Positions 18,580-29,338 of a stretch of 64,000 bases of DNA are shown here, piece by piece. The stretch spans positions 134,519 through 198,518 of the forward strand of contig JAKALS010000001.1 of NCBI GenBank assembly GCA_021813145.1. Reading direction: 5' to 3'. The notes under the pieces were generated by a model. It was not told where the DNA came from. It did no database searches and was given only the letters and a program-made list of their open reading frames with translations. The position numbers and the translations under genes are program-made. Origin of the DNA: a bacterium (GTDB lineage Bacteria > Patescibacteriota > Microgenomatia > Levybacterales > UBA12049). The first letter of the stretch is position 1, and every line of letters starts with the position of its first letter.

Positions 18580-19374
18580 TTAGGGAGTAGCAGTAGGCGA
18601 AGGACTGGAGGTTATGCTCGTCCCCCCAAGTGATTTAAGTCCTTGCCTAATTTGTTTTGCGTCCGCAAAGCTAGCCCTTAAGTCCTGATACGCCGTTTTT
18701 AAGTCTGTCCTTGCGCTAATAAGTGCGGGATTGGATCCTGGATAGCTCGAAGGAGATAACGGGCTCACTAGATTTATGGCGTTTGTATACTGTGTTTTTG
18801 CGTCCGCTATTTTTGCGTTCATATCATTTAATAGTGAAACCAGATTAGCAGGGTTTCCCTGTGCGTTAATTCTGTATGCAAGTTTTGAAGAATAGTCATT
18901 AAATAAGTCTACAGTCGTAGCCGTTCTATCGGCAGCAGCCAGCAGTCTTACCTGCGGCATAAATACGGCGTAGACCCTGTATGAGGTAAATATGGATTTG
19001 ATATCGGAAATAAGAGTTGTAGGATTTGTATCCGCGTCGCATTTGGTTTTAAGGTTTGTAAGGTTTGTAATATCGGTTCGAATTTCGGTCTGGAACTGCA
19101 AAACCTGCGAAGGAGAGAGCTTTTTAAGTTGTCCTACAACATTGTTCAGATTATTTAAGTTTGTGAGTCTTGTACTTATTTCGGTATCGCATCTTTGGTG
19201 AAGCCTGGTCATTCTTTCATCCAACCTTTGCGTTTGCCTCGGGTTAAGAGACGGTGAGGGCGATGCGGTTTGTGCAAATATCACCGCAGGGTTTGCTATA
19301 AGCATAGCTGCTAGTCCAAAAAAAGTTATTAAAGCCTTAATATTTGCCATAGCAATGTTATTTATAAAATACAA
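18580..19374 (-). CDS. Secreted coiled-coil protein of unknown function
   Basis: Signal peptide MANIKALITFFGLAAMLIANPAVIFAQ; Ser/Pro/Thr-rich C-terminus. Confidence 0.45.
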   Translation of the reverse strand: MYFINNIAMANIKALITFFGLAAMLIANPAVIFAQTASPSPSLNPRQTQRLDERMTRLHQRCDTEISTRLTNLNNLNNVVGQLKKLSPSQVLQFQTEIRTDITNLTNLKTKCDADTNPTTLISDIKSIFTSYRVYAVFMPQVRLLAAADRTATTVDLFNDYSSKLAYRINAQGNPANLVSLLNDMNAKIADAKTQYTNAINLVSPLSPSSYPGSNPALISARTDLKTAYQDLRASFADAKQIRQGLKSLGGTSITSSPSPTATP

Positions 19375-19396
19375 AAATGAACTAAAAATGAACGGA

Positions 19397-19921
19397 TTAG
19401 TGTGCCGAACGTTTAAGAATTTCCCAGGGGGTTCTTAAGTCTTCGATTATTCTTTCAACTTCGGCCACTTCATCGGCGGTTATTTTTCTTAATTTTGTCT
19501 TTTCTCTCAATTGTTTCCTATACTCGGGGGCAGTTTTTTTAAGAGGTATTTTTTTGTCGGAGTCGTAAGCTAATACTCCCGATTGGCCCGTTGCCAAATC
19601 TATGACAATATCTCTTCGCGGTTCAGTTATTCCGTTAGAATCTTCGGCTATGGTCATAAAAGCAATGCCGTTTACATTCATTCGGCTTTTGTCGTCGAAA
19701 TCGAATCCAAGAGTTACTCTTGTATATTCCCTGCTAAGCCTCGGATTGAACTCAAGGGTAAATGGGTCGGAATCCGGATAATCATCAAGATAAACAACCT
19801 GGACTCTTCGTATCTCCATGGCTGTTTTCCTGATATCTCTTTTTGAGGCATAGTTAGGATTTTCATCCGAAAAGTTTCCTTCCCCTGCCCCGTTTATGGT
19901 TCTTCTTTCGGCAAGTGTCAT
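19397..19921 (-). CDS. Hypothetical protein
   Basis: 174-aa ORF; no motif recognised. Confidence 0.4.
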   Translation of the reverse strand: MTLAERRTINGAGEGNFSDENPNYASKRDIRKTAMEIRRVQVVYLDDYPDSDPFTLEFNPRLSREYTRVTLGFDFDDKSRMNVNGIAFMTIAEDSNGITEPRRDIVIDLATGQSGVLAYDSDKKIPLKKTAPEYRKQLREKTKLRKITADEVAEVERIIEDLRTPWEILKRSAH

Positions 19922-19972
19922 TTTAGAGAGGATATTATAACCTTTGAAGCTAAATAAGTCAAAAATGGAATT

Positions 19973-20518
19973 TTATTTAACGCTTAAAAGCTCGACCAGA
20001 AAAACAAGTGTAGAATTAGGCGGTATGGGACCCGCTCCCTGAGCTCCGTATCCCAAGGAAGGCGGAATTATGAGTTCCCTTTTTCCTCCGACTTTCATTC
20101 CGGGTATTCCTTCGTCCCAGCCTTTTATTACCTGCCCTACTCCGATTTGTGTCGTAAATGGCTGGTTTCTGTCATAAGAGCTGTCAAAAATCTGGCCGTT
20201 TGTAAGTTTTCCTACGTAATTAACGGTCACGGTGTCTCCCGCTTTTGCTTCCTGTCCGGTTCCTACCGTTAAATCCTGATATTGTAATCCGTCTGCCATA
20301 GTTATCATATTAGCACTTTGCGAACCGGTTTGTGCGGATGATGTACTTTGGGGCAGACCTGTTTGAGCCGGAACTTGAGTCGCGGGGGCTTGAGCTGTCG
20401 GAGAAGGAAACGTTACGTTGCCAATTGTTTTAGTATTCTTAGGCTGAGTTAAAAAAAGGTATCCGCCCAAAAGTATAACAACGACTATGAATACACCTAT
20501 AGCCAGATTTTTTGTCAT
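19973..20518 (-). CDS. FKBP-type peptidyl-prolyl cis-trans isomerase, membrane-anchored
   Basis: ...GQVIKGWDEGIPGMKVGGKRELIIPPSLGYGAQGAGPIPPNSTLVFLVELLSV is the canonical FKBP C-terminal signature. Confidence 0.85.
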   Translation of the reverse strand: MTKNLAIGVFIVVVILLGGYLFLTQPKNTKTIGNVTFPSPTAQAPATQVPAQTGLPQSTSSAQTGSQSANMITMADGLQYQDLTVGTGQEAKAGDTVTVNYVGKLTNGQIFDSSYDRNQPFTTQIGVGQVIKGWDEGIPGMKVGGKRELIIPPSLGYGAQGAGPIPPNSTLVFLVELLSVK

Positions 20519-20617
20519 GTGTAGTATTTTACAATAAAGAATGGAATAAATAAATGCCTGTTAAATAATTTGCTTTGCAAATTGACCTGGGGTCATTTAT
20601 CGGGGTAAAATCAATTA

Positions 20618-21481
20618 ATGGAACTTTTAGCAACAGAAGGATTTGGGGATTATTCCCTTTTGGACAGCGGAGACGGGAGAAGGCTTGAAAAGTTCGGGAA
20701 GTATATGATTTCAAGGCCCGATCCGCAGGCAATCTGGAGGCCCGAAAAATCCGCTGAAATTTGGCAAAAAGCGGATGCTGTTTATGTTTTTGACGGTAAT
20801 AAGGGCTATTGGAACAACAAGACAGAAATACCTTGGCGTTGGAGTTTAGAATATAAGGACCTTTCTTTTTACTGCAGGCTTACCCCTTTTAAACACACGG
20901 GGGTTTTCCCGGAGCAATCTCTAAATTGGGAATTTATGGAAAAGATTCTGGATAATTCAAAAAATCCCAATATTCTTAATCTTTTCGGTTATACCGGTGC
21001 GTCTACTCTTGTCGCTGCGGCAAAGGGAGCAAGGGTGACACACGTGGATGCCTCGAAGCCTTCCATTACCTGGGCAAGAGAAAATCAGGAAGCTTCGGGC
21101 CTTTCAGAAAAACCCATCCGCTGGATACCTGATGATGCGATAAAATTCGTACAGCGGGAAGTAAAAAGGGGGGTTTCATACGACGGAATAATAATGGATC
21201 CGCCCGTTTACGGACACGGACCCGAAGGCGAAATTTGGGATTTTTATTCCTCTTTTCCCAGACTTATTCAGCTTATAAGAAGTGTCCTGTCTCAAAATCC
21301 TTTGTTTGTTATTGTTAACGCGTACGCGGTTTCGGCTTCTTCGGTTATGCTCTTTAATATTTTGAAGGATTATCTTAAAGATTTAGGCGGAAAATTCGAA
21401 TACGGGGAATTGGCCCTTAAGCAAAAAGATTCCCAAAGATTAATCTCTACGGGAATTTTCTGCCGCTGGTCACACGAGTAA
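20618..21481 (+). CDS. Class I SAM-dependent methyltransferase (RlmI/RlmK-like catalytic domain without PUA)
   Basis: LNLFGYTGASTLVAAAKGARVTHVDAS... and DGIIMDPPVYG parallel RlmI LNLFSYTGGF... and DVIVMDPPKF. Confidence 0.6.
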   Translation: MELLATEGFGDYSLLDSGDGRRLEKFGKYMISRPDPQAIWRPEKSAEIWQKADAVYVFDGNKGYWNNKTEIPWRWSLEYKDLSFYCRLTPFKHTGVFPEQSLNWEFMEKILDNSKNPNILNLFGYTGASTLVAAAKGARVTHVDASKPSITWARENQEASGLSEKPIRWIPDDAIKFVQREVKRGVSYDGIIMDPPVYGHGPEGEIWDFYSSFPRLIQLIRSVLSQNPLFVIVNAYAVSASSVMLFNILKDYLKDLGGKFEYGELALKQKDSQRLISTGIFCRWSHE

Positions 21482-22396
21482 AGTTTCTTCTACTTCTATC
21501 CCCCTTTTCTCAGTCTTTAATAGTTTTAGCTTAAGAAGAATCTTTAAAAATATTATGGAAAATATGTAACCTATGAATGTACTCACCGAAAGTATCGTCT
21601 GGGTTATTATTCCAAGACCAAGCGATAATAATATAGGTAGCTGTCTTTTATATGAAAGAAAAACTTTTAATATGGAATTTTTTATGGAATCGTTTATAAG
21701 GGTTTCCATAGTATCGGAAAGCCGGACATTTTGGATACCCAGGATATAAAGAGTTTTATTTTCAAGATACGTTCTGGACTGTCCGGTTTCAAAAGACCTT
21801 CTGTAAAGGTAGTTTTGAAATGTTTCATTAATATCCTTTATGTTAAGGTCGTCAAAATACGCCCTCATAAGGGGCCTTAAGGTGGAGACAAAACCCTGGT
21901 TAGAAAGGACAACGTTTGCCTGCGAAAGAGTCCTTTGGTAAAAGCCGTAAAATGTAACGGCAACCGTAATGGAAATTATTATTGTCGCTCCGCTTAATGC
22001 AACATAAAATTGTCCCAAGTGAGATGTCTTGCCGTTTAGAATAATTCTTGATTTGTGGTAGCCGAAAAGAAAAGTAAATATAGAAACGGAAGTAATTATT
22101 TCCCCAAGGAGAGTTAAAAAGCTTACTCCTATTATAAAAGGGTAAAACATAAACGACAGAAGGCATACAATGAGCCAGATTATTCTGTTTTTTACAAATA
22201 TCGAAAAATATAAAATGCTTGGAAGGAACAAGCCGAAGACGATTATCGGGAGTACAAAGGTGAGCGCTATATAGACGGGAGAGTTGGTTAAAAGGTGTTG
22301 GGCCTTAATATCGTTGGCAAGAAGATACCAGAACAGATTGCCGAGGAATAGAGACAAGATCAGAAAAAAAACTCTTAATAAATTAATTTTCTCCAC
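21470..22396 (-). CDS. Polytopic membrane protein
   Basis: Multiple TM helices; no motif recognised. Confidence 0.45.
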   Translation of the reverse strand: MEKINLLRVFFLILSLFLGNLFWYLLANDIKAQHLLTNSPVYIALTFVLPIIVFGLFLPSILYFSIFVKNRIIWLIVCLLSFMFYPFIIGVSFLTLLGEIITSVSIFTFLFGYHKSRIILNGKTSHLGQFYVALSGATIIISITVAVTFYGFYQRTLSQANVVLSNQGFVSTLRPLMRAYFDDLNIKDINETFQNYLYRRSFETGQSRTYLENKTLYILGIQNVRLSDTMETLINDSIKNSILKVFLSYKRQLPILLSLGLGIITQTILSVSTFIGYIFSIIFLKILLKLKLLKTEKRGIEVEETLLV

Positions 22397-22436
22397 TTAT
22401 TAAAAGTTAGTCTTATTTCTTAAAGCTGTCAATAGT

Positions 22437-22688
22437 TTACTTTTTAGGCTTATCTTTAGAGTCAAATTCCACCCTAACTTGAGAGCCTGTTTTTCTTTCG
22501 CGGGATTGATAGATTACTGTTCCAAAAAGCGCACCTTCGGTTGTGCCCGCCAGGCCGACTCCCGCCAAACGCTCTGCGGCACCGTCGCCATGGCTTATTA
22601 GATAAGCTCCGGCCGCGCCGGTTGCCAAAGCAGTTCCTATGGCCAGTCCTACCGCAGCCCTGTGAAAAATCTCGTTCCTTGAACTCAT
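22437..22688 (-). CDS. Small Gly/Ala-rich (glycine-zipper-like) membrane protein
   Basis: AVGLAIGTALATGAAGAYL...GVGLAGTTEGALFG. Co-oriented with flanking minus-strand genes; the + strand overlapping ORF is judged less likely. Confidence 0.3.
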   Translation of the reverse strand: MSSRNEIFHRAAVGLAIGTALATGAAGAYLISHGDGAAERLAGVGLAGTTEGALFGTVIYQSRERKTGSQVRVEFDSKDKPKK

Positions 22689-22719
22689 GTGGGGATTTTA
22701 CCTTGTGTTTAGCTTTAAG

Positions 22720-23562
22720 TCAAGGTTGTGCGGCAGAAACGAGGTTTCTTAAAAGCATCGCAACGTTTACGGGGCCTACTCCCCCTGGGACCGGGGTATA
22801 AAAAGAAGCCGTCCCTTTTATATCATCTTCGTCGTAGTCTCCGTGGAATTTCTTGTCTTCTCCCCTATGCATTCCTACTCCTATTAATATTGCGCCTTTT
22901 TTTATTTCGGATTTATTTATAACTTTTTCTTTTCCTACTGCCGATATAACAATGTCGCTTTCTTTTATTATTTTTTTCGGATCTCGTGTTTTACTTGAAA
23001 TTATTTCAGGTTGTATTCCCAGTTTTTTGAACGAACGTATAATGGGTCCTCCTGCCGTAAGGCCTTTTCCCACCACCGTTACTTTTTTAGTTTTTAGCCA
23101 ATTTTCCAATTCCAAATTTCCAATTCCAAATTTCAAATTCGAAATTTTTCTCAGTATTTCCAATACTGCCATTGCGACGGGGGTCTGGAATTCTGAAGTC
23201 GGATTAAATCCGTCTACGTCCTTTTCCGGTGCCACCGTTTTCTCTATTTTTTCTTCGTCAAGGTGTTTAGGCATAGGTCTTTGAACAATTATTCCGTGCA
23301 CGGAATAATCTTTATTCAGTTTGTTTATTTTTGAAATAAGCTCTTCTGTTGAAATTTCCGGGTCTGCTTTTTCAAGAGTTATTTTTACGCCTATTTCTTC
23401 CCCCCTTAATTGTTTCTGTTTAACATAAGAAGCTGAAGATTCATCGTTGGAAAGAAGAATAATATAAAGGTTTGGAATAATTCCCTTTTCTTTGAGGTTT
23501 TGAACTTTTATTTTAAGTTCATTAAAAATTTCCGATGCGATTTGTTTGCCGTCAATTAACAT
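22720..23562 (-). CDS. folD: Bifunctional methylene-THF dehydrogenase/cyclohydrolase FolD
   Basis: MLIDGKQIASEI...YVKQKQ...PEKDVDGF...VVGKG...GDYDEDDIK...TPVPGGVGPVNVAMLL. Confidence 0.9.
   Translation of the reverse strand: MLIDGKQIASEIFNELKIKVQNLKEKGIIPNLYIILLSNDESSASYVKQKQLRGEEIGVKITLEKADPEISTEELISKINKLNKDYSVHGIIVQRPMPKHLDEEKIEKTVAPEKDVDGFNPTSEFQTPVAMAVLEILRKISNLKFGIGNLELENWLKTKKVTVVGKGLTAGGPIIRSFKKLGIQPEIISSKTRDPKKIIKESDIVISAVGKEKVINKSEIKKGAILIGVGMHRGEDKKFHGDYDEDDIKGTASFYTPVPGGVGPVNVAMLLRNLVSAAQP
23096..23150. repeat. Imperfect tandem repeat (ccaattccaaattt x3) inside the folD coding sequence
   Basis: The units ccaattccaaattt / ccaattccaaattt / caaattcgaaattt are visible on the + strand. 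They encode the in-frame peptide ...LKFGIGNLELENW... between the FolD domains. Confidence 0.6.
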
Positions 23563-23623
23563 ATTATTAACGAATTAATTATAGTTCCATAATTCTTTAA
23601 TGCTTTAATCCGTGAATGGATAT

Positions 23624-26095
23624 CTATTCTTTTACAATGCAAGTTACGGAAGCGACTTTATCGTCGGGTTTACCGAATCTCATCAGTATTACCCCTTGTG
23701 TGGCGCGCGAAAGCCTGGGAATGGATTCTATCTCGATTTTTACAATCTGCCCCTTTTTGGATGTCATTATAAGCTCGGATGCGGCGTGGGGAATAATCTG
23801 TGCTGCTGCAATTTTTCCCGTTTTTGCCGTAATTTCGGCTACCTTGACTCCCTGTCCTCCCCTTCCCTGCGGGGGGAACTGATCAATTGACGTTTTCTTT
23901 CCCAAGCCGTTTTCCATAATTGTTAAAAGATCTGTTTTGTCTCCTTTAGTGATAACATCCATCTGTATTACCTCGTCATCGGCGGCTATCCTTATTCCCC
24001 TAACTCCCATCGTGTTTCTTCCCATCGGCCTCACCGATTTTTCGTTAAATCTTATTGCTTTTCCGTTTCTTGTAGTTATTAATATTTCGTTTTCGCCCGT
24101 TGTAAAGTTGCTCCAAACAAGCTCATCTTTTTTGTCCATTTTAATTGCCAATATTCCGCTTCTTCTTATGTTGTCAAATTCCGCAATTCTGGATTTTTTT
24201 ACTGTTCCGTTTCTTGTCGTAAGAAATACGAAAGCTCCCTTTGCGTCCTTATGGTACGTTATGAAAGACTCTACCCTCTCTCCAGCTTCTATGTTTAACA
24301 GATTCACTATTGCGGTACCTTTGCTTGTTCTTTGAGATTCGTCTATTTCGTAGGCCCTTAACTGGTAGGCTTTTCCTTTATTTGTAAAGAATAATAGGTT
24401 GTCGTGTGTTTCCGCGTATCTTATGGAAAGTATTCCGTCTTCTTCCTTGGTTGTCATTCCTATTATTCCCTTACCGCCTCTTTGCTGGGTTTTAAAGCTT
24501 AGAAGGCTTTGTCTTTTTATATAGCCGGTGTCCGTAAGAGTTAATACGGTAGGTTCGTTAGGGATAAGATCTTCTTCCGAGAATTCCCCTACTTTACTCT
24601 TGTAGACTTTTGTTCTTCTGGGGTCGTCGTATTTTTTCTTAAGGTTATCAAGTTCGTCTTTTACTACTCCCAATATTTTTGCGGGATGTGCAAGAAGGTC
24701 TTCAAGGTAGGCTATCGTTTCTTTTACCATCTGGTACTCGTCTTCGATTTTTTGCCTTTCCAAAGCGGCGAGTCGTCTTAACTGCATATCCAAAATTGCG
24801 GTTGCCTGAATATCCGAAAGTTTGAATTTGGCCATTAAATTTGTTTTTGCTTCTTCCTGTGTTTTGCTTTCTCTTATCGTCTTGATGACCGCGTCTATAT
24901 TTTCTACGGCGATCTTTAATCCTTCAAGAATATGAAGTCTCGCTTTGGCCTGTTTAAGTTCGAATTCGCTTCTTCTTTTTACAACAAGATATCTGTGTTT
25001 TAAGTATTCCTCTACTATTGTTATAAGGTTTAGCGTCTGGGGCGTTCCGTCTACAAGGGCGACCATGTTCGCAGGGAATGTTGTCTGCAAAGCAGTATAT
25101 TTCCAGAGATTATTCAAAACTTTCTTAGGCGATGCGTCCCTTTTAAGCTCTACTACGATTCTTATTCCGTGTCTGTCGGACTCGTCGCGCAAGTCGGATA
25201 TTCCCTCTATTTTTTTCTCTTTTGCAAGGTCCGCTATTCTCGCAACAAGCAAAGCTTTATTTACCTGGTAAGGAATTTCGGTGATTATTATTGCGCTTTT
25301 TCCCTGTCCTATTTCTTCTATGTCAGCTTTTCCTCTTATTAATATTCTTCCCTTTCCCGTTGTATAAACATTTTTTATTTCCGACCAGTCGTATATTGCA
25401 CCTGCCGTCGGGAAATCGGGACCTTTAATAAATTCCAAAAGTTCGTCCACTGTTACTTCGCTTTTTATGGAGAATGCCGGTTCGGTCGTAATTTTTGTTT
25501 TTCCTATCGCATAAATTGCAGCCTCTACCACTTCCCCCAAATTATGCGGAGGTATTTTCGTTGCCATTCCTACCGCGATGCCTTCGCTCCCCATTAAAAG
25601 AAGGTTTGGCAAAAGGCTCGGGAGAAAAACAGGCTCTTTAAGGGTGGAGTCAAAGTTATCAAGATAGTCTACCGTTTCTTTTTCCATGTCCAGAAGCATC
25701 TCATTTGAAATGGCCGCCATCCTTGCTTCGGTATAACGCATTGCAGCGGGAGGATCACCGTCCATAGAGCCGAAATTTCCCTGCCCGTCTATCAGGGGGT
25801 ATCTCATTGAAAAGTCCTGCGCAAGGCGGACAAGAGAGTCATAAATAGGAACGTCTCCGTGGGGATGGTATTTTCCCATTACTTCTCCGACGATTTTTGC
25901 GCTTTTTGAATACTTCGCGCTGTGGGTTAAGTTCATCTCGTGCATAGCAAAAAGTATTCTTCTATGCACCGGTTTTAATCCGTCGCGTACATCCGGAAGT
26001 GCCCTTGATACGATAACAGACATCGCGTAATCAAGGTAAGCCCGCTTCATCTCCGAGGATATTTCTGTTCTTAAAAGTTTTCCGATTTCAGCCAT
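23624..26095 (-). CDS. gyrA: DNA gyrase subunit A
   Basis: Full-length 823 aa; ...[25 protein letters not shown]... with the active-site region; C-terminal beta-pinwheel repeats. Confidence 0.95.
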   Translation of the reverse strand: MAEIGKLLRTEISSEMKRAYLDYAMSVIVSRALPDVRDGLKPVHRRILFAMHEMNLTHSAKYSKSAKIVGEVMGKYHPHGDVPIYDSLVRLAQDFSMRYPLIDGQGNFGSMDGDPPAAMRYTEARMAAISNEMLLDMEKETVDYLDNFDSTLKEPVFLPSLLPNLLLMGSEGIAVGMATKIPPHNLGEVVEAAIYAIGKTKITTEPAFSIKSEVTVDELLEFIKGPDFPTAGAIYDWSEIKNVYTTGKGRILIRGKADIEEIGQGKSAIIITEIPYQVNKALLVARIADLAKEKKIEGISDLRDESDRHGIRIVVELKRDASPKKVLNNLWKYTALQTTFPANMVALVDGTPQTLNLITIVEEYLKHRYLVVKRRSEFELKQAKARLHILEGLKIAVENIDAVIKTIRESKTQEEAKTNLMAKFKLSDIQATAILDMQLRRLAALERQKIEDEYQMVKETIAYLEDLLAHPAKILGVVKDELDNLKKKYDDPRRTKVYKSKVGEFSEEDLIPNEPTVLTLTDTGYIKRQSLLSFKTQQRGGKGIIGMTTKEEDGILSIRYAETHDNLLFFTNKGKAYQLRAYEIDESQRTSKGTAIVNLLNIEAGERVESFITYHKDAKGAFVFLTTRNGTVKKSRIAEFDNIRRSGILAIKMDKKDELVWSNFTTGENEILITTRNGKAIRFNEKSVRPMGRNTMGVRGIRIAADDEVIQMDVITKGDKTDLLTIMENGLGKKTSIDQFPPQGRGGQGVKVAEITAKTGKIAAAQIIPHAASELIMTSKKGQIVKIEIESIPRLSRATQGVILMRFGKPDDKVASVTCIVKE

Positions 26096-26135
26096 AGTTT
26101 AATTTTCAATTATCAATTCTCAATTTTCAATAAAC
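26096..26135 (-). promoter_or_regulatory. AT-rich promoter module directly abutting the gyrA start codon (leaderless geometry)
   Basis: On the minus strand it reads TTGAAAATTGAGAATTGATAATTGAAAATTAAACT-ATG. It is nearly identical to the element before pilT at 44824-44858. Confidence 0.4.
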
Positions 26136-26194
26136 TTTTAACGATTCATTGAACAAATCAACGTAAACTGGAAATTGAAAATTGTAAATTGTAT

Positions 26195-28234
26195 TTAGAT
26201 AAGGAAGGATGCAATTAAGAGAGCGACGATGTTTAGGACCTTAATCATAGGATTTATGGCAGGTCCTGCGGTATCTTTGTAAGGGTCACCGACCGTGTCT
26301 CCCGTAACAGCGCTCTGGTGCGCAAAGCTTCCTTTGCCTCCAAAGTTGCCTTCTTCTATATATTTTTTAGTGTTATCCCAGGCAGCTCCTCCTGTTGTCA
26401 TAGATACTGCAACAAAAAGTCCCGTTACTATGCTTCCGATTAAGAGTCCTCCAAGTGCCCTTGGTCCAAGCAAAAAGCCTACGACTATCGGGGCAAGTAC
26501 GGTTATTACTGTAGGCAAAATCATTTCTTTTATAGCCGCTTTTGTAACAATGTCTACGGCTTTTCCGTATTCGGGCTTCGCTTTCCCGGCCATTAAGCCT
26601 TTTATTTCTTTAAACTGCCTTCTTACCTCGTCAACTATGGAGACGCTCGCTTTTCCAACAGCTTCCATTGCAAGGGCTGCAAAAAAGTAAGGAAGAGCTC
26701 CTCCTATAAACAGTCCCACAATTACGCTTGGGTCCGAAAGAGAAAATGCTCCGCCCACAAAACTTGCATGCTGTGATTTTGCAAGTTCCTGTGTATAGCT
26801 TGCAAAAAGAACGAGTGCGGCAAGTCCGGCAGAGCCTATTGCGTAAGCCTTTGTAACGGCTTTAGTCGTATTTCCTACGGCATCAAGTGGATCCGTAATA
26901 TCCCTGACCTTTTGAGGAAGTCCTGCCATCTCGGCTATTCCTCCTGCGTTATCGGTAATAGGTCCGAATGCGTCTATGGCAACTATAATTCCTGCCAAAG
27001 AAAGCATACTCATTGCGGCCAAGGCAACTCCGTAGAGTCCTGCAAAATAAAACGAAACCCAAATAGCAGCGGCAATCAAAAGAATAGGTGCCATTGTTGC
27101 TTTCATGGAAACCGCAAGCCCTGCGATTATATTTGTTCCGTGTCCGGTTGTAGAAGCATTTGCGATTGTTCTAACAGGGCCGAATTTTTTGGATGTAAAG
27201 TACTCGGTAATAACAACCATTCCCAATGTTACCAAAAGCCCTACTATCAAAGGATAGAAGAGATTAAGATAAGGAATAGTATCTATTCCATGAGGAAATA
27301 CTCCCAAAGTCAAAATATAAAATCCTATTAGAGATACGACAACCGCTGCGATAAGTCCCTGGTATAAGGCTTTCATTACGGAGTTTCCCCTAAGCCTTAC
27401 AAACCACGTTCCCACGATGCTTGCCACTATGGAAATTGCTCCTATTAACAAAGGATAAAAAACAACGGCCGGATTATTCGGGAATGAAAGGTGTCCTAGA
27501 ATCATTGCCGCAACGGCCGTTATTACGTATGTCTCGAAAAGGTCCGCAGCCATTCCGGCATCGTCCCCTACGTTATCTCCTACCAAATCGGCTATGACTC
27601 CGGGATTTCTCGGGTCGTCTTCGGGTATTCCTTTTTCTATTTTACCTACCATGTCGGTTCCGACATCTGCGGATTTGGTAAATATCCCTCCTCCAAGCCT
27701 TGCAAAAACCGAAATAAGAGAGCCTCCAAAGCCTAATGCTACCATAGGTTGCAGGTTGCTGTTCATAAACTTTTCCAAATACCAGTAGAATCCCGTCACC
27801 GAAACCAAAGCAAGTCCCGCGACCATAAGCCCGGTTACCGCTCCCCCTTCGAATGCAAGCGAAAATGCGGCGGAAAGTCCTTTTTTGGCCGCTTCGGCAG
27901 TTCTTATGTTGCTTCTTACCGCTACGTTCATCCCTACAATTCCAGCGATTGCCGAGAATATTGCTCCAAGGGCAAAACCCAACGCTGTTACGAGTCCGAA
28001 TGCAAAGTAAAGGACAATAAAGATAAGAAGACCGATAACGGCAACAACGGTATACTGCCTTTTCATATAGGCTGCTGCTCCTTCGGCAATTGCGTCCGAG
28101 ATGTCATTCATTTTCTTGTCGCCTCTTGCTTTGCTTAAGACTCTGTATGTGAGGAAAAATCCGTAGAGTATGGAAAGAAGACCCGCAACAAACGGGATGA
28201 TTAATTTGTGAATAAAGAGCACAGATAAATCCAT
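26195..28234 (-). CDS. hppA: Membrane-bound proton/sodium-translocating pyrophosphatase
   Basis: 679 aa with about 15 TM helices; [28 protein letters not shown] and the AxGxTT-type motifs. Confidence 0.9.
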   Translation of the reverse strand: MDLSVLFIHKLIIPFVAGLLSILYGFFLTYRVLSKARGDKKMNDISDAIAEGAAAYMKRQYTVVAVIGLLIFIVLYFAFGLVTALGFALGAIFSAIAGIVGMNVAVRSNIRTAEAAKKGLSAAFSLAFEGGAVTGLMVAGLALVSVTGFYWYLEKFMNSNLQPMVALGFGGSLISVFARLGGGIFTKSADVGTDMVGKIEKGIPEDDPRNPGVIADLVGDNVGDDAGMAADLFETYVITAVAAMILGHLSFPNNPAVVFYPLLIGAISIVASIVGTWFVRLRGNSVMKALYQGLIAAVVVSLIGFYILTLGVFPHGIDTIPYLNLFYPLIVGLLVTLGMVVITEYFTSKKFGPVRTIANASTTGHGTNIIAGLAVSMKATMAPILLIAAAIWVSFYFAGLYGVALAAMSMLSLAGIIVAIDAFGPITDNAGGIAEMAGLPQKVRDITDPLDAVGNTTKAVTKAYAIGSAGLAALVLFASYTQELAKSQHASFVGGAFSLSDPSVIVGLFIGGALPYFFAALAMEAVGKASVSIVDEVRRQFKEIKGLMAGKAKPEYGKAVDIVTKAAIKEMILPTVITVLAPIVVGFLLGPRALGGLLIGSIVTGLFVAVSMTTGGAAWDNTKKYIEEGNFGGKGSFAHQSAVTGDTVGDPYKDTAGPAINPMIKVLNIVALLIASFLI

Positions 28235-28342
28235 ACCAACCTACATATTATAAGGAAAACTTATTGCTATTTCAAGAAGAAAATGTCACCAGAGGACTTC
28301 TCATTGATATCTTAATTTGAAAATTAAACAACAATAAAAATG

Positions 28343-28639
28343 TTATTTGGCAACTTTTATTATTCTTTTACTTACTGTTCCCGGTATTAAAATAAAAGCC
28401 GGACGGTTCTCTTTTTCGTAAACTCCAAAATTTCCCAAAACCTTACTGCATTTACCACAGACTAATCTCTTCTCCGGATTTCGCAAATTTTGAATTCTGT
28501 CTATGTATAGTCTTTTTAAAATTCCGGGTCCGTCTTTTTGGTAATTAAAGAGAAATGAATTGCAATTGGAACAAGTTAATTCCAATAATCTCGAATACCC
28601 TCCCCTTGCCTTCCTATATCTGTCATTCTTCAGTTTCAT
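28343..28639 (-). CDS. Small zinc-ribbon protein
   Basis: CSNCNS...CGKCSK form two CxxC pairs. Confidence 0.4.
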   Translation of the reverse strand: MKLKNDRYRKARGGYSRLLELTCSNCNSFLFNYQKDGPGILKRLYIDRIQNLRNPEKRLVCGKCSKVLGNFGVYEKENRPAFILIPGTVSKRIIKVAK

Positions 28640-28682
28640 TGGATAAAGTATACAGCAATAATTAAAACTTATTCCGCACTAA

Positions 28683-29282
28683 CTATATATTGGGTTTATT
28701 GTCCAATGATTGCCAGAGGTACCAACAGGCAATCGACCGGTTGGGTTTCCAGTTTTCACTCAACTGTAGTATCTCTTTTTCGTCGGTTATCCCGTAAAGG
28801 ATTTTTATTGCGCGTCTTAGTCCGAAATCTCCAAGCGAAAAAACATCCGGTCTTTTTAGATTGAATATTAATATCATTTCCGCGGTCCACTTCCCTACGC
28901 CCCTAAGTTTTACAAGTTCCACCACTATCTCTTCATCTTTCATCTTTTTTAATTTTTCTTCATTAATCAGCCCTTTGTCAAAAGCATTCGCAATATCTTT
29001 TATGTATTCTATTTTCCTGTAAGAAATTCCCGCTTTTCTTATTTTCTCCTTGTCCATTTTCAGTATCTGTTTGGGAGTCGGAAATCCGTGGTGGGGTTTG
29101 ATATTAAATAATTCCAGAAACCTGTTATATATAGTACCTGCCGCTTTTACCGAAAGCTGCTGGGAAATAATCGAATCAATAAGCCCTTCAAACAGCGGTT
29201 CATCCCTTTTTAAAAAAGTAGGCTCACCGTACTTTTTCACCAACTCATTAATCTTCCTGTCTTTAAAGGTAATATTCTTCAT
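28683..29282 (-). CDS. HhH-GPD DNA glycosylase (3-methyladenine glycosylase II / AlkA-like)
   Basis: ...ISQQLSVKAAGTIYNRF... and the helix-hairpin-helix LRGVGKWTAEMILIFNLKRPDVFSLGDFGLRRA with the catalytic Asp. Confidence 0.75.
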   Translation of the reverse strand: MKNITFKDRKINELVKKYGEPTFLKRDEPLFEGLIDSIISQQLSVKAAGTIYNRFLELFNIKPHHGFPTPKQILKMDKEKIRKAGISYRKIEYIKDIANAFDKGLINEEKLKKMKDEEIVVELVKLRGVGKWTAEMILIFNLKRPDVFSLGDFGLRRAIKILYGITDEKEILQLSENWKPNRSIACWYLWQSLDNKPNI

Positions 29283-29338
29283 GAAGAAATTTTACCACAG
29301 AAGAGCTGTGCTTGATGCTTGGAGGTATAATATAATAA

